DNA of 64,000 nt. Source: a virus. Its lineage: Duplodnaviria; Caudoviricetes. The stretch's first letter is position 1. Every line of letters starts with the position of its first letter. The stretch lies in IMG/VR virus record IMGVR_UViG_3300013426_000014, positions 128,001-192,000 of that record; one strand, given 5' to 3'. A model generated the notes under the pieces. It saw only the letters and a list, made by a program, of their open reading frames with translations. It had not been told where the DNA came from and searched no databases. This document shows, piece after piece, positions 23,709 to 36,800 of this stretch. A program made the position numbers and the translations under genes.

Positions 23709-25622
23709 CTAACTGATATTATTCTTTACGTAATCCTTCCTGTACGTCCTGCCGCGGAGCGTGACGTTGATGACACTCGATAGATTGTCGATATCGTCGT
23801 AATACTCGACGCCGGACGGGGACATGAACGACTCCGCGTTGACCGACCTGAACACCGGCAGTAGGTCCTGCACCTCCGTCTGCGTCCCGGCCGCGTCGGT
23901 GAGCTTGCGCGTCAGAATGATATCGCCAAACTCATCCAACCCGTAACTGCCGTCACCGTAATACGTCGAGTTGTTCCGGTCGGCATCGAAATAAACTGAC
24001 ACGGAATCAACACCGTCGATCCCTTCGATGGCCGCGACCAGATCGGACGACGGGATCCTGTCCCGTCTCGTGTTCGATATAAGGTAATCAGAAACGGCCG
24101 ACACGATCTCGTGCTTGACATTCTCAAAAGTGTAGCCCTCTCACATCTGTATGAAAATGTTGACTGCAAATTGTGGCATCTTCGGGTCGATGATCTCATT
24201 ATCCACCGTTATGATACGCTGACCGGACTCCTCTATCAGGTCAAGAATTCCCTTCTTCTCATCATCCGTTAGCTTGAAACATTTCGGGTCGCATGTAAAG
24301 TAATTTTCAGACACGCCCATCCGCTTCGATATGTCGGGTACAAGGAAAAGATATATGATATTGTCATCGAGCTTCGAGTCACGGACCGCCGCCTCCGCCT
24401 TGTCAAGCTCAGTCTCCGCGTCCTTAAACGCGGCAAGCTTGTCCTGTGCGAGAAGAGAGTTGACACCGGTCAGGTTGACCTGCGACTTATACTCATTTTG
24501 CACACGAAGGTAGTTGCTCATCGCCACGCCGTATTTCGTCTCGGCGGTCGAATCCTCGTATGTAGAGAAGCCGGATATCGTATCGATGACTGAGAACATG
24601 TTCAGTTTCCTCAGAAAATACTCATAATTGGTCGCGTTCGCCAAAACGAACGATCTCGATGCGTGCGGGGCGATGAGCCGCGTCACCGGTATTACCTCCG
24701 GCGTCGCCCCGAACAGGACGTCTGTCACGGCGGATATCGAAAATATCTCATTGAGCGACACCTCCTCCCCGCGGTCGTTCCAACCGTTCGACTCGAACGT
24801 CCACGCGTCGTTATCGGACACGGAAACGGACTCTATATTGCCGGCGTCGGCGGACGACACGAGATACTCGACCTTGATCGTTGACCCCTGATCCGGGACA
24901 CGTCCCTGAGCGCCGGTGCCGAAAAATATGTCTATCCCGCCGGACGCGCCGGTCTTGACTATGCACGCTTTCTCGTCGAATGTCATGTCGAGCAGCGACT
25001 CGACGACACGCCACCGCTCGCCGTTCACGTACACATTAACGAAGAACTGATCGATGTTGCCCTCTCCGCGAAACGGGACATTGAAGCTGTCGAGCGCGTA
25101 ACCCGAACCCGTGAACTGCTGGTATTTGACCGCGCCCTGTACAATAGGGACATCGATCGTCGACTCCGACGACCCGACTATCACGTACATCCGCTCCGAC
25201 GGCATGTTGAGTACATACTTCATGCCGTTCGCGTAATTCTTTATGACCGTGTAGTTCGGTATAATCACCGTGTCGCCGTCGTAATCGGTCGCGGATCTGC
25301 AGGTCAGTCTGACCGTTCCTCTGGCGGCGACACCCCTTGACGGATTATGCCCGGTCAGAGTGGCGAGCCCGCGGACCGAACGAGGGTGAAAGGCCCTTGT
25401 TATGTTGAGCTCGTTTATCGACGTCGATATATAGTACAATATCATTCTGCCGATATGCAGTATCACTTGTACTATCTGGAAGAACGGCGACGCCGTTGTG
25501 AACGTCTCACCATTATCTTTGTACACGCCTTTCAGATAGCCGATCACGTCCTCCCTCATCTGCGAGAAACGCAGACGGGAACGCTTGAATATGTTGAGCT
25601 CCTCGCCTTTCTTGCCTGCCAT
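23709..25622 (-). CDS. Baseplate wedge protein (T4 gp6/baseplate J-like), 637 aa, TGA at 24141
   Basis: LYYISTSINELNITRA...SVRGLATLTGHNPSR, IFFGTGAQGRVP, IKVEYLVSSADAGN, ...DLVAAIEGIDGVDSV. Confidence 0.8.
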
Positions 25623-25643
25623 TCGCCGAATATTATTTCTCAA

Positions 25644-25696
25644 ATATTTATCAATCTGAGCCGTCCGGCCAGCCGGGGCGGAAAACCGATAAATAT
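25644..25696. promoter_or_regulatory. Divergent pair of late promoters (GATAAATAT at 25644-25652 minus and 25688-25696 plus)
   Basis: Two exact motifs facing away from each other between divergent operons. Confidence 0.75.
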
Positions 25697-25717
25697 GCAA
25701 AGAACATAACCCGTAAC

Positions 25718-26059
25718 ATGAAGAGACTGATTATTTTCATATTGTCCGCTGTGTTGCTCGCCGCGTGTGGGCCGGGGAACAAGGTGAACACCGGGACGGA
25801 TCCGGTGGCGTCGTCGATGCGGCTCGTTGAGTACAGGATGATCGGTCCATGACAGATCGACTCGATGATGACGGCGGAAAGACTGCCGGAAATCGAAAAA
25901 TGGACGCGGACCCTGCTCGTGTCGGATGAGACGAAAGATCCGGTGGAGCAGTGATTGACGACAATGAAGACAGACTCGACAAAGACCGACTTCACGCTGA
26001 CGCGTCTCGCCACGGCAGACACGTCGATGCTATACAGAAAGATAATATACAGATGGTAA
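25718..26059 (+). CDS. Lipoprotein, 113 aa, 2 TGA=Trp (absent from track)
   Basis: MKRLIIFILSAVLLAA-CGPG lipobox; TAA overlaps the next ATG. Confidence 0.75.
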
Positions 26060-26694
26060 TGAATTACGGATGATCGCCGTCGCAGCTGGACGGCACCGAA
26101 CATATAGCGGCATATGACAACGCCGACATGCCGGATGCATTCTCGTTTAAGGACGCGATCCCGTCGGCGCTCAATCAGGGGTCGACATCGACATGCGTCC
26201 CGCACGCCTGCTCCGCGCTGTATGACTGGATGGAGTCGTTGAAGGCCGGATCACCGACGTCTTACGGGATGTCAATATACAACATATATGACAGGCGTCA
26301 AAACCGGCCGGAAGAGGGAATGAGTTTCAAGAACGCCCTTCACGACTTGCTGCATATCGGCGCGGTAAAGCCGGATGAGTACAAACGGCATGATTTCTCG
26401 AACGCGTGGAGGATCAAGGAGTACGCGATGGTCAGAAACATCATATCGCTCAAGAACTGTGTCATGATGAACGGCCCGGTCATGATAGCGACACTCGTCC
26501 GCGACCCGGATTCAACGAAATACTGGAACGGCGCCGGCAATTACGGCGGGCATGCTGTATGCTGTGTTGGATGAGACCGCAAGGGATTGATAATCAGAAA
26601 TTCATGAGGCAGGAATTGAGGAATCGGAGGATATACCCGTATGCCTTATGACGAGTTCGGCGCCGTGCTGGAGGCGTGAACCGCGATATTATAA
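26059..26694 (+). CDS. Papain-family (C1A-like) cysteine peptidase, 211 aa, 5 TGA=Trp
   Basis: NQGSTSTC (catalytic Cys), GGHAVCCVG(W)D (His), IIRNS(W)GRN(W)GIGGY (Asn). Confidence 0.92.
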
Positions 26695-26703
26695 CGAACA
26701 GAC

Positions 26704-26955
26704 ATGATACAGTACAACAAGAAACCGAGGCTGTACAACGCCGTCCACTTCAGGGACAGAATCAGCGGACTGGGCTTTGACTACCACGGCAAGGTGTTCC
26801 GCAAGACAATGAGTCCTGCCGTGTTCGCGAACAAGAAGACGGCGGCGATGATCGACTATATAGGGAAAATGATCGACTTTCTTATCGACCAGGTCAAGCT
26901 GATCCCCGTGCATTTCTCGATAGCGCATGACAAGGGCAGCATCAACATAAACTAA
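26704..26955 (+). CDS. Small baseplate-region protein
   Basis: ATG-TAA ORF within the late operon. Confidence 0.65.
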   Translation: MIQYNKKPRLYNAVHFRDRISGLGFDYHGKVFRKTMSPAVFANKKTAAMIDYIGKMIDFLIDQVKLIPVHFSIAHDKGSININ

Positions 26956-26959
26956 CGCG

Positions 26960-29900
26960 ATGTTCGACTATTCATCGATACGGCTTTTCGACAAGAAAGG
27001 CAAGGCGCTGCCGGCGGACTATGTAAAAACGCCGGACACGTTCTTTTATATAAAATCCGAAATAAATTCTGGTCATGACGCGCTGCTGTATCCGGTGACA
27101 GATATGGACGGCGGGTTGACGAAATTCGCCGGCATATGTGTCGACGACGGCGGTCTGCTGTTCACGGATAACACGGAACGGCGGGTCGACATCAGATCCG
27201 TCACGACAGACGATATCGTCTGCACAGCGACGCTCAAATCCGCCGACTATATTGAGCTGAACACCGCGGACGGCAAGGTATACGGGGTGAAGAACGTCAC
27301 GGCAGACGGTGTGCCGGCGATGTCTGGAACGGGCTATACAGTTCCGTTCCCTTCGGTAAAAATCCGGTCCCGTGTCAACTTCAGCCCTGTGTCGACTGGA
27401 CTTTTCGAGACGGAATGTGTGTACGCGCTTACCGAAACAGCCGGTAAATGAACGAAACAACGTGACGACCGGTGGAACCTGATGGGAGTGATAGATCCGG
27501 CCGACACAGAGTTCAGGTTCTTCTCCGTCGACACGACGACAGAGGAAATAAGTTACACGTCAAGCGTGACGCTCGACCTGTCTTCCGGCGGATACAGGTT
27601 CGATTTATGTTTCACCGCGGAAGATGAAGGTGTTTACGACGGGACGATGTATATATGCCTTGTCGACAAACAAAACGGCAACGAGCCGTATATGTTGGGG
27701 ACGGTCGCGCTGCACGGCGAGGCGGTCGGCGAGGATGAGCGTTTCAGGACGCTGCTGACAGATTTCGGTGTGCCGGATCCGAAAGAATACATCAGTACGT
27801 TGAAGGAGTCTTCCGTCGACGAGTCGAAACCGGATATGGCGCTGCTCAACAGGAAGAGCAAACAGCTGTTCCTGACATATCCCGACATATTCCCGTATGC
27901 CGGCACATATAAGGCGCTGGTGAACGCCGTGAAGTTTATGGGTTATGATGACATCACGTTCAAGGAGTGGTTCCGGACTATAGGGTCTGATGGCCCGTCG
28001 AAATATGTAACCTATGACATAACGTATGACGGAGGATCCGGAACCGTCCACTCGGCGGGAATCGAGGAACGGGCGGGCATGCGGAAGATGAACTGACTGT
28101 CGATGATGTACAGGCTCAACCGCGAGAAGGAGACGATGTCGGAAGACGGGACGCCCGATGTGTTCAATGTGTACGACTATGACGGGGACGAGCTTATGGT
28201 GAAGCTGCAGTCATTACGCAAGTGACTGGAAAAGAATATCATAGCACAGAACTGCCGGATAGTAGAGGTCGTCGGCGAGGGTGTGTACTTTGAACGTTAC
28301 CGATATGACATATATGGGACGGCGACGGAAAGCGAGACATATGACGCGGAGATGCGGCTGAGCCCGTATATCAAAGGCGGCACCGACACGCGCGTGCTGA
28401 AGGACGGGACGGCGCGGATAACGATCGGAGTAAGGGAGATCGACAGCGCGCTGACAGAACATGACATGTCGATGTCGGATCTGTCGGTCAGGAATGTCGG
28501 CGGATATGATCCGGAAGGGCTGTATATTGACAAGGAGTCGATGTCCGTCCGGAAAATGTCGGACGGGTATGACGCGGCGAAGGCGGATGATGGCTTGCAG
28601 ATCCCGCTCGACCGGACGTTCGGCCGTCCCGGCGGGATAAAATCGGTCGGCGTCAGGGCGAGCGTCTCATGCGCGGAGCATGTGTTCGCCCCGCCGTTCA
28701 CTGATCCGTCGAAAGGACGGATGCTGCTGAGGGACGGCGAGCTGACATTCGTGACGAGCGAGTGGGAAGGCAGGACCGATCCGATGGAGTGTGTATTCGC
28801 GGTGACGCCTGACATATACGTTGAATCCGCCGTCATCCGCGACCCGAACAAACCGTGACGCGAATCCGCGCTGTACACGGTGTCGGAGGGAGACGGAAAA
28901 TTCGTGATCGCGGACCAGTCCGGGAAAACCGTCGCCGAATCGACGGATTATGTAAAAATCAAGGACGGAAAACTCAGATACACGACGGCGAACAGGCACG
29001 GACTGCCGATGCTGATGTGCTCCGGCATGGCGCTGACAGCGGACGGGAAAGACACCGGCCTGATGAAAACGGGGTCGGAATACATAATCGACATCCGCGA
29101 CGGCAGGCTCGCATGAGAGAACACCGTGTCGGATCATCCGGAGTTCGTTTATCTCAACTTCAGTTATGACACGGCCGGCGGCGAACAGGATATAACGGCG
29201 AATTTTGTGTTCACCACAGACGGGATGATGACAGATGAGACTGTATACGACGGCGAATTCGTCAAAAGGTATCTCGCCGATCCCGACACGGCGTTCAATT
29301 ACAGGACCGATTTCTCCGTCGACGTGTACAAGGCCGGTGAATACGACGTTACTATGACGGGGCATGACGGATACGGCGGGACGTTCGCCGCGGCGGTATG
29401 TCCGAAACCCGCCGTCATATCGACGGATCCGCCAGAGGATTACGGGCCGGCGCCGAAATGGATCATACAGGGTATAAGTGCGGATCCGGACGCCGGCGTC
29501 ATCACATATGACGACATAAGCTACGCGGTCGATACGCCGAAACCCGGGCAGACATTGCTGCTGATGAACCTCGGCGACAGGTTCCGGCTGTCGGGCGCAG
29601 GCGGGTCATACACGGCTGAGCGGTGGGGATCCGCCGAATCGCAGGTGTTCGACATGAAAACGAAACGGGCGTATGACAACGCGGCGACAAGGAAATGATG
29701 CGCCGTTCGGGTTTCCGTCGTGTCACAGACGGACGGACGGCTAATATATGATCTGGACGGGTCGCTGTATGTCAATAACGGAAAGTATGATGTGAAGGTT
29801 GACGGCGTCGACGCCGGATTCGATAAGGCGGTGGCGGAATCGGCCGGCGTCTGGATAAGGGACAACGCCGTATATACGGGGACGGCGAAAGGATCGAGTA

Positions 29901-30241
29901 GCGGGATTGTACTTTCCCTTGATAAAATCGGGACGGCGTCATGGACGGACGGCAGCACCCCATATAAAAAAGGTCAGAACATCAGGATAAAGACGGATGA
30001 CGGGACCGCCGTATACAAGGTGACGGAGAATAAATCCGGAATCTTGACAGCGCGCGGCCGTGTGCCCCTTACCGTAAGTCAGAAAGCGGCGGTGACCTAC
30101 CAGTCCGTGGTCACGGAGATGATGACGGCCGGCGTCGATGCGGCAGAAGAGACATCTGACGGATACTGTGTCGTATTCACAGACGGATCACCGGCGGTCC
30201 CGTTTATCGATGACACATTCTCGATGATTGTTACGGATTAG
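26960..30241 (+). CDS. Large baseplate/tail structural protein, 1,093 aa, 6 TGA=Trp
   Basis: Six track ORFs in one frame joined by TGA; PYAGTYKALVNAVKFMGY resembles wedge/tail protein I motifs; TAG stop 11 nt before the inverted repeat. Confidence 0.7.
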
Positions 30242-30252
30242 GATGATTTGGA

Positions 30253-30410
30253 TACGCCGACTTCTCGTCCTACACGTCGAACTCCGACTACTTCTACATC
30301 AACCTGTACGGTCCGGGGACGACATCTTCGACGTTAATCTCGGGAAACGTACAGATGAAGTGGACGAAGGTCGCACAGGCTGTACACAAACTGAAGGTCA
30401 TCCTGGACGG
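30253..30410 (+). repeat. Left 158-bp inverted repeat (IR-L)
   Basis: tacgccgacttc...tcctggacgg; exact reverse complement of 31238-31395, checked base by base. Confidence 0.97.
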
Positions 30411-30783
30411 CGCGTCGGGCACGCCGAGCGGCGGCAATCCGTATCTCTACGCAAACTATGATAATAATAGTAAACTGCGATATGGCATATGCGGTAACAA
30501 CATACAGCAATCCGGAACAACTGTATATTTTTACATAGATAACAGTACAGAACTGGATACATGACAAATATGCTTAAATGATATAAACGCCAAAGCGTCA
30601 ATGGAAATGGGAATAACTATATCAAATGACGCATCAGTGATATGGGACTCCGAATATATACACACTTCCGGAACGGACTACCAATCTGTCGGCAACATAA
30701 TACAAGATTTAATAAACACGTATAATGCAGCGAGCACATCAAATCCGAAGACGTTCACGTTGTCGACACAAGATTTTACTTAA
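30253..30783 (+). other. Silent alternative C-terminal cassette (tip B) of the BACON adhesin
   Basis: One open frame YADFSSYTS...ILDG-ASGTPSGGNP...NSTELDT(W)Q...TFTLSTQDFT-TAA; paralogous to the expressed tip. Confidence 0.85.
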
Positions 30784-30810
30784 TATAATGGTATGTAACT
30801 GTATATTTAC

Positions 30811-30838
30811 AAAAAAGTCCGGATTACTCCGGACTTTT
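30811..30838. terminator. Bidirectional terminator at the centre of the invertible segment
   Basis: aaaaaagtccgga-ttac-tccggactttt. Confidence 0.85.
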
Positions 30839-30861
30839 ATAAATAGTTGAATACCGTTACA

Positions 30862-33800
30862 TTAAGTAAAATCTTGTGTTGATAATGTAAATGTCGATTC
30901 GCCGCTATTATATGCTGTTATCAGGTTTTGTATTATTGTACCGACTGTCTGATAGTCGGTTCCTCCGGTAGTACTTGCGTAGGATGAATCCCATATTGTA
31001 ACACCATCTTCTGTTATAGTGAACCCGCATTGCATCGACAGCATATTATCATTATATGTCATCATCTGTTGTCACGCGCTCAGTTCTGTTGAATTATCTA
31101 CATAAAAATACGCGTTTAATGAATTGTCCAGATTAAGGCTATTGCCGCATACGCCACATGACGTTTCACTGCCGCCAGAATTATCAACGTACTTTAATTC
31201 CGGGGTTGCACCTGTTTGAAACCCGGTATAGATTGTCCCGTCCAGGATGACCTTCAGTTTGTGTACAGCCTGTGCGACCTTCGTCCACTTCATCTGTACG
31301 TTTCCCGAGATTAACGTCGAAGATGTCGTCCCCGGACCGTACAGGTTGATGTAGAAGTAGTCGGAGTTCGACGTGTAGGACGAGAAGTCGGCGTAAATGT
31401 ACAGGTATGAACTGCCCGTTCCCGATATTGTCTTCGAACCGGTCGACGCGCCTGACTTCGCGGCGGACGCTGACGTTGTCGACAACCCGTATTTTACCGA
31501 GGATGAAATACCGCTTGTTGCAACTTTTCATCCGGATCTGCTCGTATCCGTTATGCGCACCGTATACGCGAAATCGCCGGAAGACGTTTGATTCTGTGCG
31601 GAAGCGTTCCAAGAAGGTTTCGAAACCACATTGGACGTCCATGTCATTTTCGCGGTTTGTATCACATTCGTGGATGACGTGCCCGGCCCGTATAATTTAA
31701 TGTTGAACCAGTCAGAACCAGTTCTCGCGGAAAAGTCCGCGTATAGATAAACATAGTCATTCCCGGTTTTACTTACCGAAAAATCAGACGCGCTGCCTGT
31801 CGTCGCTTTCGATTTCGCGTCAGATGAACCTGTAGTGGATAATCCGTATTTGACATTGGAAGATGTGTATTCAAGACCCACTTTTCATCCAGTGTTGCTT
31901 GTGTCGGTTACATATAACAAATATGTGAACTCACCGGAAGTGGTCTTGCTTTGTTCGGATGCGTTCCAGTAAGGATAGAGCACGCCAGCGGTTCCGACCT
32001 GTCTTACTGTAAATCTCTGATCATACTGATCACTTGCAGTCTTATTGATATATACATAACCCTTTCTGTCTTCCGCCGCTGTGTTTGCTGTTATCGACAA
32101 TGTCACCGAACTATTACCTACGCCGGATGTCTTGTTCGATGTGATCCATGAGTCACTGGTCGTTATCGTTCATCCTCTATTACATGCATCATCTAATGTA
32201 ACATAATTACTGATGGCGGAATTATTCTTCAACGACGATCAACTGCTCGATGTAAAATATGGAACGCGCTGTCCGGGCCAGTAAAATATACATGACTGTA
32301 GGTACGAACCGGTATTCTTATTACAAAGGGTCAGCGTAAAACTGAAGTCACAGTCTGGATTGGCAGTGTTGCCTGCGCCGATATAAATATTGATTCTCTT
32401 GTCGCCTGTCCCGCTTAATATGTTCTGTGTGTCTGGAAGATTTCCACTTGGATCCATGGCGATGTCACCGGTGTCGTCATCACGGACATATATATAACCA
32501 CCTGCAGGATCTTCATCAATCCAAGAGTTCGGACCGGATGTCGCGGTGAGCATTACAAACCATCCGACGTTGTCAGGATCTGTGATATTCGCATATATGT
32601 CGCCGGCGATGTCCATGTCAAAATCCTCATTTGTCGTTCCGAGATCCCATGACGGCATCACGATGTTGGCGTCCTGCGTCCAATACCAGTTCGGCAATTG
32701 GCTGTCTGAACTGGCCTTGTATCCGGAAAATATGGAGTTATATGCAACTCCGCCGTACCTTGTGCTCGTGCCGGTCCACGCCGGCGCGGTGACTGTGAGC
32801 ACGTCGCCGTCATACAGGTATCCGCCGGTCCACGCGGATGTCGATCCGTTCCGCGTCAAGGTCGCCGTGTATACATCACCGTAACTCGAATGTGACGTGT
32901 ACATGACATAATATACGGAATCATCGCGGTCCGTCACGGTGGATGTAACGCTCCCCGCCGATCCTCCGCCGTATTTCCAGTAATAATATTTCGTCACACT
33001 CGCGTTGACATTCAACGTCCGGGTGTCGCCGCCGGCGGATGACATGTTGGTCATGGAACTGTTTATGGCGTTATAACTGTACTTGCGCTCTATCTTGCCG
33101 TCGCTGCCTGCCTTTTCCACCTTCTCGTCACCGTTCTGTGTCCATGACGCCGTCGCCGTCTTCGTGCCTGTTCCGGCAGAGTCTGTGACGGTCGCGGTCA
33201 GCGACACGGTCCGGGTCGAGGTTGTATTGACGTTCGTCGACGCCATCAGGTAAAGTTTCGATCCGCCCGACGCTGTCGACGATGACGCCGCGCCAGAGCT
33301 CGACGTCGCGGTCGTCCACGCTCCGTTCGATCCTGTTATGCTCGCGGTCACGTTAGAATACGATCCCTCCCCGTTCGACGTCCCCGCCACGGTTCAGTAG
33401 TATACCGGCTTGCGCCGCGCGGTCAGCGTCACGTACGTTCCCGATATGTATCCGCTCGCGTTGCAGGCTATGTTCGCCGTCGATCCCTTCGAGAGCGACA
33501 CGTCATAATAATAGTGATGCGTGTACGTCGTGTCACCGGACTGCGTCACCGACTTCGACGCGGTGAGTCCGGACGTCGAGGACGAGCAGTTGCCCGAATC
33601 GGACGATGATACCGACACCGTCGCGGTCCTGCTCGACGATGTCCCACCGTTCGACGGCACATATAGGTACGCCTCGGTAGATGGCGTCATCGACGTTATC
33701 TTCGTGCCGGACGAGTTCCTGATTTCCGCCCCTGATATGCCGGATACAGATACGGTGAATGACCGCGCACTGTCCGTGTGCGTGGTCGAGCCGTAACTCT

Positions 33801-36800
33801 CTACCGTCCCGTCAGAGTTTCATTTCGTGCTCACCGTATACGTGCTGTTCAGCGTCAGTCTGGTGCTGCTGTTCGCCGCGCACGCCGCCGTGGTCGACGA
33901 CGCGGTCAGCGTCGTGGTATGGTTGTTGCACGTGTACGTGCTGTCGGCCGGCTGCGTTCACGATGTTGTTATGCTTGCTTCTTCTCCGCTGCACACATTC
34001 GTAAAGGCGACGTTAATATTAACATTTTTCGCCGACTTATTGTAAGCGTTCGATGTGACGCCGTACAGATAGATCTTCGTGCCGCCGGTCACTTTCGTCA
34101 GTTTCGTGCCGGACGAGTTCGACGGCGTGCATCGGTCGCCGGACACAGAGAATGATGTCGTCGTGTCGGTTACCGCCGTCCCGTAATATGTGGTTCCGGC
34201 GACGTCTCACTGATACTTCGGTGTCCTTTTCACCGTCAGCGTCGCGTATCCGTACGAGCTCGACGCCACTCCGGACGATCCTGTCACTGACGGGTTCCAT
34301 GACGAGCTCGCCTTCGTCAGTGTCGTCCCGTCGTATTTGTAGCAGACGAACGACGCCGTGTCGCCCGACTGCGTGATCGTGACGGATCCGGTCAGGCCGG
34401 CGGAGCTTGACTGACAGTTATCTGACTGCGAATTCGAGAAGCTGACCGTCACGGTCCTGCTCGATGTGGTCCCGCCGTTCGACGGCACGTACAGGTATCC
34501 GGCTGTGCCGCCCGTCAGCGACGTTATCTTCGTTCCGGACGAGTTCCTCAGCTCGGCGCCGGTGACGCCTGAGACGGTTACTGAGTATGTCGGCTGTCAT
34601 GATGATGTCTGACTACGTGAATATGTATTGTCGGAATTTCAATAGTATTTTTTCGTGGCTGAACATCTCGGCGTTATCGTGACGGCGCTGTTCGCCGCGC
34701 ACGCGGTTGTCGTCGACGAGCTTGATACCGTTGTACTGTAATCATAGCATGAATACTCACTATCCGCCTCCTGGGTCCATGACGTGCTCGTCGCATATGT
34801 CGAGCATCCTGTGATGGTCGCGTTAATCTTCACGGTCCTTTCCTGTGTCGTGTGGTTGTTGTCGCCGACCGTCACATAGATGACGTCGCCGTTCTTCGCG
34901 GACGATATCGCCGTCCCGGACGAGTTGACGCACGTGCAGTTCGTGCCGGTCAGCGTCACCGTCCCTTCATTGTCAGTCGAGCACGCCGTCGTGATGTTTC
35001 CCCCGACTGATCATTTGTAATACCGCATCCTTGTGACGGAAAGCACCGCCTTGTACGTCTCGCTCTTCGACGTCCCGGCACGCGGTATCGCGTTCGTTGA
35101 CGCCGGCTCCAGCTTAATCTCATACTCGTCGCATCTTCATGTCTTCGAGTCCGCCGCCTGCGTCCATGTCACGGACTTCGACGCCGCCGCGCATGTGTCG
35201 GACGGCGCGGTGACGGATATCGAGCATGTCCGTGACGACGCGGAGCATGACGACGTCGATCCCGGGTTGGACGATGCCTTTATGTACGCCTTGCCGCCGT
35301 TCGTGATTGTCGTTATCGCCGTGCCGGACGAGTTCGTGAACGAGCAGTTTGATCCGGACAGCGTCAGTGTCCCGTTGTTGTCCGCCGTCCCGGTGTACGT
35401 CCCGCCGCCGTTGGCGTACACGTATTTCGGCGTGCGCGTCACCGAAGCGGTCACATAATAGTCTTTGTTCGCGGAGATGCCCGCCGCTGGAATATCGGTT
35501 GATAAAGATTTCGTCAGTCCGATGTCATATGTATAGCATGACAGTGACGATGTGTCAGGGTTCTGTGTTCATGACGCGGACGTCGATGTCGACGTGCTGT
35601 CAGCCTGACGGAAATACATCGCGACCGTCCTGCTGCTCAGCGTGTTGTAGTTCGTGCCGACGTGTGCGTATACCTTCGTCCCGTTGGAAAGGCTCGATGA
35701 TGCCGTGTACTGCGTTCCGGATGTCGAGTCTGAACTTCACGCCGTGCAGTTCGTCATGCTGTACACGTTAAACGGCGCGTTCACCGCGGATCCAGTGTAG
35801 CCGGACGAGTAGACCGGCTTGCGGGTCGACGTCACGGTGGCGTAAAACGCGTTCGACCCGCCGACCGCTATGTTCGACGATGACGATTTCGCCGCCGATA
35901 TGGTTCTGCCTGTGTATGACGTCAGCGAATTAGTCGCCGACACGGTCGCGGTCTTGGTCGTGGACGTACTCGACCCGTTTGTGCAGGTCAGCGTGCATGA
36001 TCATGTGCCGGTATTGCTTGTCATGTTAGGCAGCGACAGCGTACACGTGTTCGACGAGCCGGACGCGGATGTCGTGCCTGACAGCGTATACTTCGAGTTA
36101 GCGTCTGACGTCTTCGTCACCGCCGCGGTGTCATACACGGTATGGCTGTTATTCGACGACCCGGATGAATAAAGATCCGACGCCGTGTGATACGCCCGGT
36201 ACGTGACCGTCGCGGACGTGCCGGACGTGCCGGACATGCCCGGACCGATACCGGATCCTATCGAAATCTCGGCGGTGTAATTTGACGGACTGTAGTTCGA
36301 GTTCGTTTTCCTGTTCTCCGCCTGATACGCGGTAAGCGTGTAATAGCAGTTCTTGCCGTTCGCGACTACATAGAATGTGGTTCCGCCGTAATCCCCGCAC
36401 GCCGTGTCAGACACTGTCGTTCCCTTGGACGCGTATGTGATCACGCCGGCCGAAGACAACGACGGCGATCCGGACGGTCGAGTGACATTATTGGTCGTCG
36501 AAGAGCTCCGCCATCCGTCAGGTATCTGGTTGATGTAGACACCGGCGACATACCATGTGACCGGCGCGGACTCAGTCCCCGCCGTTCCGGTAAGGTATCA
36601 GTGACCGATTATCGACGCTCCCGGACCGAATTTAATATACGCCGCGTATGTGCGCCATTCGCCGGCTCCGTCAAGATCAGTCGTGTCCATACCATACGAC
36701 CCGCCTGTTCCCGGGGAATTACCCGCCATATTGAGCCTGTATCCTTTCGGGATCCACGCATTAATCGTTATCTCGATCAGCTTTATTCCGGATGTCGGCA

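Larger units (their letters stand above)
30253..31395. mobile_element. Candidate invertible segment (1,143 bp) switching the adhesin C-terminus
   Basis: Perfect IRs enclose two convergent paralogous C-terminal coding cassettes and a central terminator. Confidence 0.8.

Noticed and set aside
26059-26694. TGA = Gly (code 25) or selenocysteine
   Set aside because: The NS*G..*G and VG*D contexts are canonical aromatic/Trp positions of C1 peptidases.
30034-30253. Programmed -1 frameshift fusing gene 26960-30241 to silent tip B
   Set aside because: The -1 frame is open from about 30034, but I see no X XXY YYZ slippery heptamer or stimulatory structure.
30253-31395. Diversity-generating retroelement (TR/VR pair)
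   Set aside because: The repeats are identical and inverted, with no adenine-specific mismatches; the tips differ by indels and all base types; no reverse transcriptase in the window.
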